A stretch of DNA of 64,000 nt from Candidatus Woesebacteria bacterium (GTDB lineage: Bacteria; Patescibacteriota; Microgenomatia; UBA8517): contig CP058602.1 in NCBI GenBank assembly GCA_013426185.1, forward strand, positions 335,123-399,122, given 5' to 3'. The notes beneath the pieces are model-generated. The model ran no database searches, was not told where the DNA came from, and was given only the letters and a program-made list of their open reading frames with translations. This document shows positions 27,957 through 38,430 of the stretch, one piece after another. The position numbers were made by a program, and so were the translations under genes. Within the stretch, counting starts at the first letter, position 1; every line of letters begins with the position of its first letter.

Positions 27957-29021
27957 ATGGATAAAAAATTAAGTTTATTTTCAAAGATCAAGAAAAGCGC
28001 CTCAAAAATTTCAAGAAGAAGAATAACTAAAATTGCCATCTTTTTGGCGATTATTATTTTTGGCTTTGTTACTATTTCAAATCTAGTTCAACAAAAGAAA
28101 AAGGAAGCGGAGGCAGAAAAATTTACAGTTAAAAGAGGAACTGTATCCGAAGATTTAATTCTTTCAGGAAAAATAAAAGCCGAAGAAGACGCCCAGCTTT
28201 TCTTCCCCACTTCAGGAAAACTTGTTTGGGTGGGTGTTAAAGAAGGCGATTTTGTTAAAAAGGGACAAGCTTTAGCCTCGCTTGATAAAACCCCACTTAA
28301 CGCAGCCTACCAGCAGGCTCTAAATAACATCAGAATGTATGAAGCTAATGTTGAGGCAACTTATGACTCACTTAAGGGAAAAGATACTAGCGAAACATTT
28401 GCTCAAAAAGCAACCCGAACCACAAGTGAGGTGACAAAAGACAACGCCTATGACGCTCTTAAAATTGCCGAGTACAACCTCAAAAATGCAACTTTAATCG
28501 CGCCTTTTTCAGGATTTGTGACTTACCTTGCTAACCCTTTCTCAGGAGTTAATGTTTCCGCTGCCCAAATGCAAATTGAAATTGTTAACCCCCAAACAAT
28601 TTATTTTGAAGTTACAGCTAGCCAAGATGAGGTTACTAAACTTAAAGAAGGCCAAGAAGTGAAGATAATTCTTGACTCATTTCCTGAAAAAGAAATCAAA
28701 GGAAAAATTAGCTTTATCAGCCTTACTCCTATCAATATCCAAGAAGGCTCTGATTACAAAGTAAAAATATCCTTTACAAACCTCAAGGAAGAAGACTTGA
28801 AAAGCTTAAAAATCGGAATGACAGGAGATGCAAGATTCTCTCTTGAAAAAAGAGACGACGTTCTTTATGCCCCATCACAATTTATTAAAGCTGACAGAAA
28901 GGGGAAATATGTTAATCTCGGCTCGATCAAAAACAAGGTCTATATTAAAACCGGTCTTGAAGGCGAAGAATACACAGAAATAAAAGAAGGAGTCAAAGAA
29001 GGCGATATTTTGTATGATTAA
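27957..29021 (+). CDS. Periplasmic adaptor / membrane-fusion protein (HlyD/MacA family)
   Basis: Track ORF starts at 27798 and spans the terminator and P4 motif. Internal MDKKLSLFSK start at about 27957 gives an N-terminal TM anchor, then coiled-coil and beta-barrel MFP regions. Confidence 0.7.
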   Translation: MDKKLSLFSKIKKSASKISRRRITKIAIFLAIIIFGFVTISNLVQQKKKEAEAEKFTVKRGTVSEDLILSGKIKAEEDAQLFFPTSGKLVWVGVKEGDFVKKGQALASLDKTPLNAAYQQALNNIRMYEANVEATYDSLKGKDTSETFAQKATRTTSEVTKDNAYDALKIAEYNLKNATLIAPFSGFVTYLANPFSGVNVSAAQMQIEIVNPQTIYFEVTASQDEVTKLKEGQEVKIILDSFPEKEIKGKISFISLTPINIQEGSDYKVKISFTNLKEEDLKSLKIGMTGDARFSLEKRDDVLYAPSQFIKADRKGKYVNLGSIKNKVYIKTGLEGEEYTEIKEGVKEGDILYD

Positions 29022-29691
29022 ACTAGTTGATGTCTGCAAGACTTATTACCTTGGAGACGAAGAGGTAAAAGCAGTTTGTGATGTAGATCTTGAAATAAAA
29101 GACGGAGAATTCACAGGCATCCTGGGTTCTTCAGGTTCTGGCAAATCCACATTAATGTATATGATTGGACTCTTGGAGAAGCCGACAAGAGGCAAAATAA
29201 TTATTGATGGTCAAGATGTATCTAAACTTTCAGACGAAGAATTGTCTCATCTAAGAAACAGATATATCGGCTTTGTTTTCCAATCCTTCAATCTAATAAA
29301 TCGCTACACAGTTAAAGAAAATATCCTCCTGCCTGTTAAATATGCAAAAACAAAAATAGACTTTGATCCTGAAAAAAGAGCTGAAGATTTAATGAAAAGG
29401 TTTAATATTTACCAAAGACAAGATTTTTTCCCTAACAAAATCTCAGGCGGACAACAACAAAGAGTGGCAATTGCAAGAGCATTGATTCTTAAACCCAAAC
29501 TGATTCTTGCCGACGAACCAACAGGCAACCTTGATTCAAAAACGGGAGAGGAAATTTTAGATCTCTTGGCGGAGTTAAATAAAGACCTTGGTGTAACTGT
29601 GGTAATTGTAACCCACGAAAAAACAGTTGCTGATAGAACAAAAAGAAAGATTTTTATCAAGGATGGCAAAATAGTCAAAAAATATCTCTAA
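29014..29691 (+). CDS. ABC transporter ATP-binding protein (MacB/LolD family)
   Basis: Walker A GSSGSGKST, signature LSGGQQQRVAIARAL, Walker B LILADEPTGNLD. Confidence 0.85.
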   Translation: MIKLVDVCKTYYLGDEEVKAVCDVDLEIKDGEFTGILGSSGSGKSTLMYMIGLLEKPTRGKIIIDGQDVSKLSDEELSHLRNRYIGFVFQSFNLINRYTVKENILLPVKYAKTKIDFDPEKRAEDLMKRFNIYQRQDFFPNKISGGQQQRVAIARALILKPKLILADEPTGNLDSKTGEEILDLLAELNKDLGVTVVIVTHEKTVADRTKRKIFIKDGKIVKKYL

Positions 29692-29692
29692 T

Positions 29693-30898
29693 ATGGCAGC
29701 ATTAAACGGATATAAAGACATTATTCAAGCAGCAATTTCTGACTTTAAGCGCAATAAGGTAAGGACCTTTCTTACCTCACTTGGTATTACCATTGGAGTC
29801 CTGGCGGTTGTGATGCTCATCGCCCTTGGTCTTGGTATTAAAAATTACATCAGAGAACAATTTGAAAGCTTGGGGTCAAACTTAATTACAGTTCTTCCAG
29901 GAAGCGGCTTTAGTGGCGGAGGTGGCTTTGGAGCAGGACTAGTAGGAGGAGGAGCCAAATTTGATGAGAAAGATATAAGAGAACTTGAAAGGATACCTGA
30001 GTTAAAATATGTTGTTCCCGTTTTTTTTAAAACATCAAGAGTTGAGGCCAATGGCAAAAAAGAGTTTGCCTATATAAGAGGAGTCAATGAAGACTTCTTC
30101 AAATTAAGAAATGTAAAAGTTATACGAGGCCGACAGTTTAATGCCTCCGAAAATCAGTCTAAAGCTAAAGTGGCTGTTCTTGGCTATACAATAGCAGAAA
30201 AACTGTTTGATAATCCAGATAACGCAGTTGGTAAAACAGTTAGGTTTGACAAACAAAGGTTTGAAGTAATAGGAATTATCGAAAAGAGTGGCAACAACGA
30301 ACAAGATTTAGGTGTTGTACTGCCTTATAAATCAACCTACGGAGGAATAAATCCCGACAAGACCTTCTGGGGAATAAATTTAGGCGTTGAATCCGAAAAA
30401 GATGTAGAAATAGCCAAGAAAAAGGTAAAAGAAGTTCTTCTTAAAAGATATAAGGAGGATGATTTTTCAGTTGCCGAGCAGACCGAGATACTTTCAACTA
30501 TCAATCAGATTTTTAATATCTTGAATTCTGTCCTTGTTGCTATCGGCTCAATATCGCTTCTTGTTGGTGGAGTTGGCATTATGAACATAATGTATGCTTC
30601 TGTCACCGAACGCACCAAAGAGGTAGGCATAAGGCGAGCAATTGGAGCAACAGAAAAAGATATCTTGCTTCAATTTATGGCAGAAGCAGTTTTACTTTCA
30701 GCTCTAGGAGGATTTTTAGGTCTTCTTATTGCAAATATAATCGTAATTTTGGTAAGACCATTCTTCCCTTTATCTATTAATCTCCTTTCGGTTGTTATCA
30801 CTCTAAGTGTTTCATCAGCGATCGGAATTTTCTTTGGTGTTTTCCCCGCCCGCCGCGCAGCAAAACTACCACCGATTGAAGCAATAAGATATGAATAA
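29693..30898 (+). CDS. ABC transporter permease, FtsX/MacB-type
   Basis: N-terminal TM, large periplasmic domain, C-terminal 3 TM with FtsX-like motifs. Overlapping stop/start with ATPase. Confidence 0.8.
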   Translation: MAALNGYKDIIQAAISDFKRNKVRTFLTSLGITIGVLAVVMLIALGLGIKNYIREQFESLGSNLITVLPGSGFSGGGGFGAGLVGGGAKFDEKDIRELERIPELKYVVPVFFKTSRVEANGKKEFAYIRGVNEDFFKLRNVKVIRGRQFNASENQSKAKVAVLGYTIAEKLFDNPDNAVGKTVRFDKQRFEVIGIIEKSGNNEQDLGVVLPYKSTYGGINPDKTFWGINLGVESEKDVEIAKKKVKEVLLKRYKEDDFSVAEQTEILSTINQIFNILNSVLVAIGSISLLVGGVGIMNIMYASVTERTKEVGIRRAIGATEKDILLQFMAEAVLLSALGGFLGLLIANIIVILVRPFFPLSINLLSVVITLSVSSAIGIFFGVFPARRAAKLPPIEAIRYE

Positions 30899-32150
30899 AA
30901 ACTATAGAAATATCAAAAAATGCAGAAGTTGTGGATCAAAAAGACTTACAAAAGTAATATCTATAGGTCCTACAATAATTCCTAATTATTCCAAAAAAGA
31001 GAAAGATATAAAAATACCATTAGATCTTGTCCTTTGCAAAAACTGCAAACTACTACAACTCAAACAAACAACCAATCCATGCCTTCTCTGGAACGACAAC
31101 TACGGTTATCAATCTGGGATGAACAAATCTATGACCGAAGAAATAAAAGATATAGTGAAAGAAATAGAAAGAATCGTAAAACTAAAAAGTGGAGATGTTG
31201 TCTTGGATATCGGCTGTAATGACGGAACGCTGCTTAATTTTTACAAAAACAAAAACATCCACAGATTTGGGTTTGATCCGTCGGGAAATGTTCTTGAGAT
31301 AGCCAAAGAGAAGCTAAAAAAATACGGTACTAAAAACATAACTCTAATAAAAGATTTTTTTGCAAAAGAAATTTTCTTTAAAAGATCAAAACAAAAAGCT
31401 AAAGTCATAACTGCAATAGCAATGTTTTATGATCTAGATAATCCCAACAAGTTTGTTAAAGATGTTTATGATTGCCTGGATGAAAATGGAATACTAGTAA
31501 TACAGCAAAATTATCTTCTCAAGATGATAGAAAACAACGCCATTGACAACATTGTTCATGAGCACCTAACATATTACTCTTTTACCACACTAAAAAAAAT
31601 ACTTGATAGGCACAATCTTGAAACATTTGATATACAATTCAACAATGTAAACGGCGGGAGTTTCAGAACTTTTATCAGAAAAAAGTGTAGTAATATAGGT
31701 AACAACAGATACAAAATCAAGAATTTAGAAAATATACTTAAAAAAGAAGAAAAAATAACAAAAACAAGTTCTTATAAAAAATTTGTTGAAAGAACAACTA
31801 AAAATCTAAATAAGCTTAGAGAATTTCTTGAGAGGGAAACAAAAAAAGGTAAGAAAATATATATATATGGAGCTTCAACACGTGGACACACAATAACAAG
31901 CTTTCTAAAATTGGATAACACTTTAATTGGCGCAGCTGTTGACAAAAATCCTTTCAAGTGGGGTAAAAAGATAAGCAATACCAATATCCCAATTATCTCT
32001 GAAAAACAAGCAAGAAAAGAAAAACCTGATTACTTTCTAGCTTTGCCATGGTACTTCAAGAATGAATTTATAGAAAGAGAGAAAGATTTTATCAAAAGAG
32101 GTGGAAAATTTATATTCCCGTTGCCAAAAATGGAAATATTTCCAAACTAA
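30891..32150 (+). CDS. Class I SAM-dependent methyltransferase with N-terminal zinc ribbon (sugar C-methyltransferase-like architecture)
   Basis: CRSCGS...CKNCKLLQ zinc ribbon, then VLDIGCNDGTLL SAM-binding motif and a C-terminal domain as in NDP-hexose C-methyltransferases. Confidence 0.65.
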   Translation: MNKNYRNIKKCRSCGSKRLTKVISIGPTIIPNYSKKEKDIKIPLDLVLCKNCKLLQLKQTTNPCLLWNDNYGYQSGMNKSMTEEIKDIVKEIERIVKLKSGDVVLDIGCNDGTLLNFYKNKNIHRFGFDPSGNVLEIAKEKLKKYGTKNITLIKDFFAKEIFFKRSKQKAKVITAIAMFYDLDNPNKFVKDVYDCLDENGILVIQQNYLLKMIENNAIDNIVHEHLTYYSFTTLKKILDRHNLETFDIQFNNVNGGSFRTFIRKKCSNIGNNRYKIKNLENILKKEEKITKTSSYKKFVERTTKNLNKLREFLERETKKGKKIYIYGASTRGHTITSFLKLDNTLIGAAVDKNPFKWGKKISNTNIPIISEKQARKEKPDYFLALPWYFKNEFIEREKDFIKRGGKFIFPLPKMEIFPN

Positions 32151-32821
32151 CTTTTCTTACCTACAATCACACAATAAGTAAAAAAATCTCTAATTCCAAA
32201 ATAGAATTCTAAAAGTTTAAATCCGGAAAGCCTCAAAATTTTCTCAATATGTTCTTTCGATCTTATTCTAGTTAATTCTGTGGGGTGGAAGTTAACCTTT
32301 CTTTTGGGAAGAATCAAAGAAACAAATCGATGAAGAATCTTAAAAAATAAGACACTTGATCCAAATTCCGGAGGCCAAAAAATAATTATCTTACCATCTT
32401 TTTTTAAGACCCTTCTAAATTCCTTTAATATCTTTAATATATCATCTTCAGAATAATGTTCTAAGACTCCAAGATTATAAACACCATCAAAATAATTGCT
32501 ACTAAAAGAAAGCTTTTTAGTGATGTCGGCTAACACGAGCTCTCTTGCATTTGGGTTTACCTTTCGATAACTTACAAGAGCTTTCCTAGAAAAATCAACA
32601 GCAGTAATATCAAAATAATCTCTCACAAGCCGATCTGTCTCCCCACCACCACAACCCGCATGTAAAAGGAAAGCCCCTTTTGAAAAATATTTTTTGAGGA
32701 AATATGCTTCAAGTTTTGAAATTAGAAATCTCCTGTAGAACCAAGCAACAGCATCGTAAAAAAAACGCCTTTTTGTGTGGCTCCAATAAATCTCCCATTC
32801 TCTCTGGTAATTTCTTTTCAT
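32147..32821 (-). CDS. Class I SAM-dependent methyltransferase
   Basis: LLHAGCGGGETD motif I, DGVYNLGVLEHY (Methyltransf_11-like). Confidence 0.7.
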   Translation of the reverse strand: MKRNYQREWEIYWSHTKRRFFYDAVAWFYRRFLISKLEAYFLKKYFSKGAFLLHAGCGGGETDRLVRDYFDITAVDFSRKALVSYRKVNPNARELVLADITKKLSFSSNYFDGVYNLGVLEHYSEDDILKILKEFRRVLKKDGKIIIFWPPEFGSSVLFFKILHRFVSLILPKRKVNFHPTELTRIRSKEHIEKILRLSGFKLLEFYFGIRDFFTYCVIVGKKS

Positions 32822-33552
32822 CTAACAAGCAAACTATCTCTAAAAAAATAAGTCTTGAAAATGAGTCTTGCCATAACTAAAAAATGCCTAAAAAAATCAG
32901 ATGCTCTTAGTTTGCTACTCCCTTTTCTCCTTTCAATCATAACAACTGGCACCTCTCCTATAATTACCCCATTCATCTCTAAAATTTTAAGGCTCTCAAA
33001 GAAAAATGAATAACTATTAGATGAAATAGGTTCAAAAAGCCTCTTTGAGATTCTATCAAGACGATATATCCGAAAAGAATTAGAGGTGTCAACCTTTAGA
33101 CCGAGAGCCAGTCTAACCAAAAGATGATTCAGAAAAGTAATAACTTTCCTTTTCAGACTCCACCCAATCATACTATTTTTCAAAAGATGACGCGAGGCAA
33201 CAACTAAATCATATTTTTCTGAAGCCTTAATCAAATCCTTAAAATAAGAAGGAGAGTGTGTCAAATCAGCATCCATAGTAATAAGTCTGTTGTATCCTTT
33301 CTGATAAGCCCAATTTATGCCATCAAGATGTGCACTCCCTATTCCTTTCTTGCCCCCCCTTTCAAGGACAAAAATGTTATCGTAAGACAAGCAAAGTCTT
33401 TTAAGAGCATCTATTGTGCCATCATAAGAACCATCATCCACCACCAAAATGTCTAAATCAGGGATTCTAAGTCTTTCTATTTCCCGAATAAGAGTTCCTA
33501 TATTTTCAAACTCATTATAAGTAGGAATTAGAACCAAAATTTTATTCTTCAT
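32818..33552 (-). CDS. GT2 family glycosyltransferase, polyprenol-phosphate sugar synthase type
   Basis: LVLIPTYNEFENI...LVVDDGSYDGT...TMDADLTHSP motifs. Confidence 0.8.
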   Translation of the reverse strand: MKNKILVLIPTYNEFENIGTLIREIERLRIPDLDILVVDDGSYDGTIDALKRLCLSYDNIFVLERGGKKGIGSAHLDGINWAYQKGYNRLITMDADLTHSPSYFKDLIKASEKYDLVVASRHLLKNSMIGWSLKRKVITFLNHLLVRLALGLKVDTSNSFRIYRLDRISKRLFEPISSNSYSFFFESLKILEMNGVIIGEVPVVMIERRKGSSKLRASDFFRHFLVMARLIFKTYFFRDSLLVR

Positions 33553-35186
33553 ATCCTGCGGACAAAAAGAGTTAGTTTTTCAGAATCATTACTTGGTTCA
33601 ATTGGCTTATAAAGGTGTTTTAATTTTAATGTATTCTCGGGGATATTATTTACAGGATAATCATAGACATCTAGCACCACCTTCTCATAATTAGCTTTTG
33701 ACAAGTAACTTTCAAGCTCTTTTACAAAATTTGGCCTGTTTTTCCTGATTACAACTACATCAGGAGTCTCTTTTAAATCGCTCTCTAAGTTATTCCCTAC
33801 ATAACCAACTACAACTTTTGCATTCAAATAATACATCAAAACGTACTCTTCATAATTCGTAGCTATTACAAGCTTTGAAGGATCGGGGTATCTTCTTGAT
33901 ATATAAGAGACAAGATTGTCCATCGCACCTTGAAAAGGATGGAAAAGCTCATAAATGTGGCCCTTAATATGGTCTATTTTAAAAACAGAATTAAAGATAA
34001 GAAAGGTAAATATCAAATATAAAAATCCCCATCTAACATACGATGATCTAAATTTACCTAAAAAGTCAAAGATGAGAAAGATAGACAAAACAAGAAAAAT
34101 AATAAAAAATGGCTGAAGAAAAATATAATACCTCTCAAAAAAATAAGGAATTTTTGAGACTACAAATGACGATATCAAGATATACAGAAAAATGAATAAA
34201 ATACCCAAGACTAAATTGTTTGTCAAAGAAATCTTCTTTTTAATAATCATAAAAAATAATAAAATTAACAAGGAAAAACTAACGGGAAGATATTCCGACT
34301 TCGCAAAAAAAAGAGCCACCATCTTTAAATTTAATATGAACTGGCCAAAATTATAAGAAAAATTATTTGAGACGGCAGATGAAATTTTAAAAAATTCAAA
34401 AAAGGATAGATAAAAAACCAAAGGAACCAAAATAGAAAACAGGTATAAATTCTTTAAAAGGATATTACGAAAATTCTTACCCCTAACAATGTCCAAAATA
34501 AAAATCAAAAAGAGAAAAATATAAGAAGATAGAAAAGCAGGAAGATAAACATTCATCAAAATCAAAATTAAAAAAAACATGCTGATTTGAAAAAATAGGT
34601 TATTAAAATCTTTAGCCACCAATTTTTTAACATTTAACAAAAACATCAAAGAGATTAAAAAGATTGTAAGAGAATAATGCCTCATCTCACGCAGGTGCAA
34701 AACAAGTGGTATTGATAAAATCTCAAAAAAAAGAAAAATGTCAACAAACAAAATCTTCTTTTCTTTTTCTTTGAAAAACAGACTGCTAGCAAAAGCAAAA
34801 ATTAATATTCCAATATACCCCAAAAAAGCAAAGGGAAAACGTAAAATAAAAGTTTTAACATAGGGATCAGAAAACCTATCTGCCAAAAAAACAAAAGGTG
34901 CTGCAAAATAATAAGCACCCCAAGATGAGATATAAATCCAAGCATCGCTTCCTTTCTTTATCCCAATAGATAAATCCTTTGTTTCTGAAACATTCAAAAC
35001 ATTTTTTCCGAAATGGACCTTTGGATAACCATAAGCTATTATGCTTTTTCCATACATTGCCGTCTCTGCTTCGTCATTCCAAAGAATTCCGTATTGCAGG
35101 TTCTTAAAAATACTAAAAGCTAAAATTAAACTCAAAAAAAAGAGAGAAAATAGCAAAAAATAAAAATAATTATTTCTAGTTTTCAT
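33549..35186 (-). CDS. Polytopic membrane protein, probable GT-C glycosyltransferase
   Basis: 545 aa, more than 12 TM. Early loop motif ILWNDEAETAMYGKSI (acidic DE motif). Confidence 0.5.
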   Translation of the reverse strand: MKTRNNYFYFLLFSLFFLSLILAFSIFKNLQYGILWNDEAETAMYGKSIIAYGYPKVHFGKNVLNVSETKDLSIGIKKGSDAWIYISSWGAYYFAAPFVFLADRFSDPYVKTFILRFPFAFLGYIGILIFAFASSLFFKEKEKKILFVDIFLFFEILSIPLVLHLREMRHYSLTIFLISLMFLLNVKKLVAKDFNNLFFQISMFFLILILMNVYLPAFLSSYIFLFLIFILDIVRGKNFRNILLKNLYLFSILVPLVFYLSFFEFFKISSAVSNNFSYNFGQFILNLKMVALFFAKSEYLPVSFSLLILLFFMIIKKKISLTNNLVLGILFIFLYILISSFVVSKIPYFFERYYIFLQPFFIIFLVLSIFLIFDFLGKFRSSYVRWGFLYLIFTFLIFNSVFKIDHIKGHIYELFHPFQGAMDNLVSYISRRYPDPSKLVIATNYEEYVLMYYLNAKVVVGYVGNNLESDLKETPDVVVIRKNRPNFVKELESYLSKANYEKVVLDVYDYPVNNIPENTLKLKHLYKPIEPSNDSEKLTLFVRRI

Positions 35187-35190
35187 CTAG

Positions 35191-36843
35191 TCAAAATTCA
35201 GCCCCTCTAAGTTTCGCTTGATAAAGATAATAGTCAGCTTTTTCCCGATCGCCAATCTCGCCATAATAAACAGCTAAACCCTTAAGTGCGTCTTTGTGAT
35301 CAGGGTTAATCAAAACAGTCTTAAGCCACATCTCAGCTGCTTTTTGCTTTTCATTTTGACCCCAATACAAAAGGCCTAAATTAAAAAGAGCGTTATCATA
35401 ATTGGGATTAATTTTAAGCTCAAGCTCAAACTCTTCTTTAGCTTTATCAAAATTGTTCTCTCTCATATAGATTAAGCCCAGATTGTTGTGAATCATAGGC
35501 TCTTCAAAATTAATTTCAACCGCCTTAAGGAATTCTTGCTTCGCTTTGTCGTACTCATGATCAAGATAATACATTGCCCCAAGATTCTTATGAGCCAAAG
35601 GATGAGAAGGAGAAGTTTTAACTGCTGAAGTCCAGAAAGAAATCTTGTCTTTAAATTTGTTGCTATGCCAGATATTTAGAATTGAAAAGATAACAATAAT
35701 CAAAACAAAGATGAAGTTCACTAACGGCTTACTAAAATCAATCTTTTCAAAAAATGAAAGACTGGAGAAAATCACAAAAATACCAACTAAGGGCAAATAA
35801 ATTCTATGCTCCAAAAAATCAGGCACATAACCGGAAGGTCTAATAAAAGAAGGTAAAAGAAAAATCAAAAACCACAATAAGCCAAAAGTAATTAAAGAGT
35901 AATTTTTCTTCTTTGAGAAAATAAATAAAACCAAGATTAAAACAAGAGAAATAAAACCATAAACCAGAGTTGAATCTTGCAAAGTGGGCAAAACAGAAAG
36001 ATTGAAGGGCAAAATAACTTTCCCAATATAAAGAATTACAGCTTCAAGATTGTCAAAAATGCTCTTGATAGAACCCAAAATTGAGTAAGGAACAGGACTT
36101 GATAAAAGAGCTATGCTTCTTAAATAAAACCAGACACTAAATATAACTATCCACCCCAAAAACAAAACAGGCAAAATATTAACAAAAAGATTCCTCTTAT
36201 CAGAAAGTAATAAACCATAAAACAAAACCAAAACCGGGATAAATATAGATGACTCTTTTGTAAATAAAGCCAAAGCAAAAAATAGAAGATAAAGCCATAG
36301 ATAGTAACTTTTTCTTTTTTCAAAAAAACTAATCAAGAAAATAAAGGACGGTAAAACAAAAAAAGCCAAAAGAGAATCGTTTCTACCAGGAAGCCAAGCA
36401 ACCGCCTGAACCAAGACGGGGTGAATAGCAAAAACAACAGCCCATAAAAAAGAAAGCTCCCTTTTAATTTTTAATTTATTAAGAAAGATAAAAACAAAAA
36501 TGGAGGTTGAAAGATGAATTAATACATTTGTCAGATGATAAAAAAAAGGATTATTCCCTGAAATTAAAGCGTCAAACATATAAGAAATGGTCAAAAGTGG
36601 GCGATAATAAGCAGCTGATGAATGCAGTACATGGAAGACCTCAATTGTAAAAGCTTTGAAAAAGTTATTTATATCTTTCAAGAAAAAGAGATTATCAAGA
36701 ATCAGGACATTATCGTCAAAATAGGTAAAACCGAAAGAAAGACTTCTTACATAAACGAAAAAACCAAATCCTAAGATCCAAAGATAAGGTCTTTTACCCT
36801 CAAGGAAAATTTTAGAAAATTCAAAGTTTTTAAATTTATTCAT
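35191..36843 (-). CDS. TMTC-like membrane glycosyltransferase (DUF1736-type) with C-terminal TPR repeats
   Basis: N-terminal polytopic domain with FGFTYFDDNVLI and AAYYRPL motifs. C-terminal 150 aa are TPR repeats (NLGAMYYLDHEYDKAKQEF..., NLGLIYMRENNFDKAKEEF..., NLGLLYWGQNEKQKAAEMW...). Confidence 0.6.
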   Translation of the reverse strand: MNKFKNFEFSKIFLEGKRPYLWILGFGFFVYVRSLSFGFTYFDDNVLILDNLFFLKDINNFFKAFTIEVFHVLHSSAAYYRPLLTISYMFDALISGNNPFFYHLTNVLIHLSTSIFVFIFLNKLKIKRELSFLWAVVFAIHPVLVQAVAWLPGRNDSLLAFFVLPSFIFLISFFEKRKSYYLWLYLLFFALALFTKESSIFIPVLVLFYGLLLSDKRNLFVNILPVLFLGWIVIFSVWFYLRSIALLSSPVPYSILGSIKSIFDNLEAVILYIGKVILPFNLSVLPTLQDSTLVYGFISLVLILVLFIFSKKKNYSLITFGLLWFLIFLLPSFIRPSGYVPDFLEHRIYLPLVGIFVIFSSLSFFEKIDFSKPLVNFIFVLIIVIFSILNIWHSNKFKDKISFWTSAVKTSPSHPLAHKNLGAMYYLDHEYDKAKQEFLKAVEINFEEPMIHNNLGLIYMRENNFDKAKEEFELELKINPNYDNALFNLGLLYWGQNEKQKAAEMWLKTVLINPDHKDALKGLAVYYGEIGDREKADYYLYQAKLRGAEF

Positions 36844-38392
36844 CTTTCAATCTATATAATAACAGACTAGCTTGTTTTAGTTGATCTTCTGCTACTTTAT
36901 CAACCCATACAGGACCACTGTTCCCCCAAAACACAGCTCCTAAAAGATAATAATCTTTACTAATTAGATCTTTTATGTAATCCAAAAATATTTTTGGCGA
37001 ATCCTTTTCCCAAAGCCCACTTGTATCTTTATTTGAGTAAACTATGATCCTAGGTTTATTTCTACTTAGTTCTTTAACCACTTCAGTCTGATAAATTTCT
37101 CTTTTAGGCGAATAAATGTTTAAAGGATAGGTAATAATAAACCTAGTTGGTGATAATCTTTGAGAATAAAAATAAATCTGGGGTTCACTACCGGCTACAA
37201 AAATTTTATCGGAATAATTGGAATTCTCAACAACTTTTTGAGCCACAAGCTTTGATTCATTAAAGGGATTTTCCAGGCCATAAATCCAAATTCCTAATTC
37301 ATCTGGTGTTAGACCAAATTGCATCCTCAACGGATAAATTAAAAAAAACAAAAGTGCTAAAAAAATATACCAAAAAGACAACTTAATGCTTCTTCTAATC
37401 AATAAATAAAAATCCCAAAGAGCAAAAGAAACTGCTAAAGACAAAAAAGGCATCAAGACAAGATAATAATGTCCGATTGTCGTTCTTAATGTTGCCACTA
37501 AAGAAAATAATAAGAGTCCAAAAATTAGTCTTTTGTCCTTATTTTTCGAGAATAGAAAAAGTAAAAGAAAAACAAATAGAATCCACCAAACACGCACTAA
37601 CTTTTCCATCTGAAGATAAAACCCAGAAAGGCCATAAGAATTCCAAACTTGAGAATAGTAAAGGTTAAACTGCCAAACGCTTTCAAGAAGATAGATGATT
37701 TTGCCAGATATCAAAAACGGCAAAAGTACAAAAAAAGACAAAACCAAAAATCCCAATAAAAAGCCAAAAAACATCCTGAAAACAACTTTCAGACCAGCCT
37801 TACTCTTAAAAATTTCATAAGCCCAAAAAAGATGCAAAAAGAAAAGTGGAAAAAAGGCAATTGGCTTATAAAGAATAGATAAAGAAGAAAACATACCAGA
37901 AAAAAACCATACCACAAAAGAAGCTTCACTCCTATAGTAAAAATAAAGTCCAAACGAAGCCACTAAAAATAGAATCATAAAAATTTCAGTATTAGCAGCA
38001 AGAGCGGTAAAATGAGGAAAACTTAAAGTCAAAACGGAAAGAAAAGAAACCATCCAACCCAAATTAGAATTATACTTCTTGGAAACCACAAAACCCAAAA
38101 TTAAAGCCGTCAAAAAAACAGAAATAAAAGCAAGCAAACGAGGCGCCCAAAGAGAATTTACACCCACTAATTGAGCCAAAAAATAGGTATAAATAATCAT
38201 CGGCGGTTTTTGCAAAAAAGAATTTTCATAAGGCATTATTCCACGCCTTAAAATCCAAGCTGAATAAGCATATTCACCTTCATCTCTTTCAAAAGGCATT
38301 TCAAAAGAATTCCAACGAAGTAAAAGCAAAAATAAGAAAAGAACGGTCAAAAAAATAATATTCTTCAGGGTAAATGCTTTTTTTAGATCCAT
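36836..38392 (-). CDS. GT-C family membrane glycosyltransferase (ArnT/PMT-like)
   Basis: ERDEGEYAYSAW loop-1 motif. 518 aa polytopic. Confidence 0.65.
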   Translation of the reverse strand: MDLKKAFTLKNIIFLTVLFLFLLLLRWNSFEMPFERDEGEYAYSAWILRRGIMPYENSFLQKPPMIIYTYFLAQLVGVNSLWAPRLLAFISVFLTALILGFVVSKKYNSNLGWMVSFLSVLTLSFPHFTALAANTEIFMILFLVASFGLYFYYRSEASFVVWFFSGMFSSLSILYKPIAFFPLFFLHLFWAYEIFKSKAGLKVVFRMFFGFLLGFLVLSFFVLLPFLISGKIIYLLESVWQFNLYYSQVWNSYGLSGFYLQMEKLVRVWWILFVFLLLFLFSKNKDKRLIFGLLLFSLVATLRTTIGHYYLVLMPFLSLAVSFALWDFYLLIRRSIKLSFWYIFLALLFFLIYPLRMQFGLTPDELGIWIYGLENPFNESKLVAQKVVENSNYSDKIFVAGSEPQIYFYSQRLSPTRFIITYPLNIYSPKREIYQTEVVKELSRNKPRIIVYSNKDTSGLWEKDSPKIFLDYIKDLISKDYYLLGAVFWGNSGPVWVDKVAEDQLKQASLLLYRLKDE

Positions 38393-38430
38393 AAATAGCT
38401 TTTAGATACGAAAAAGTTTAAAATAAGGCT

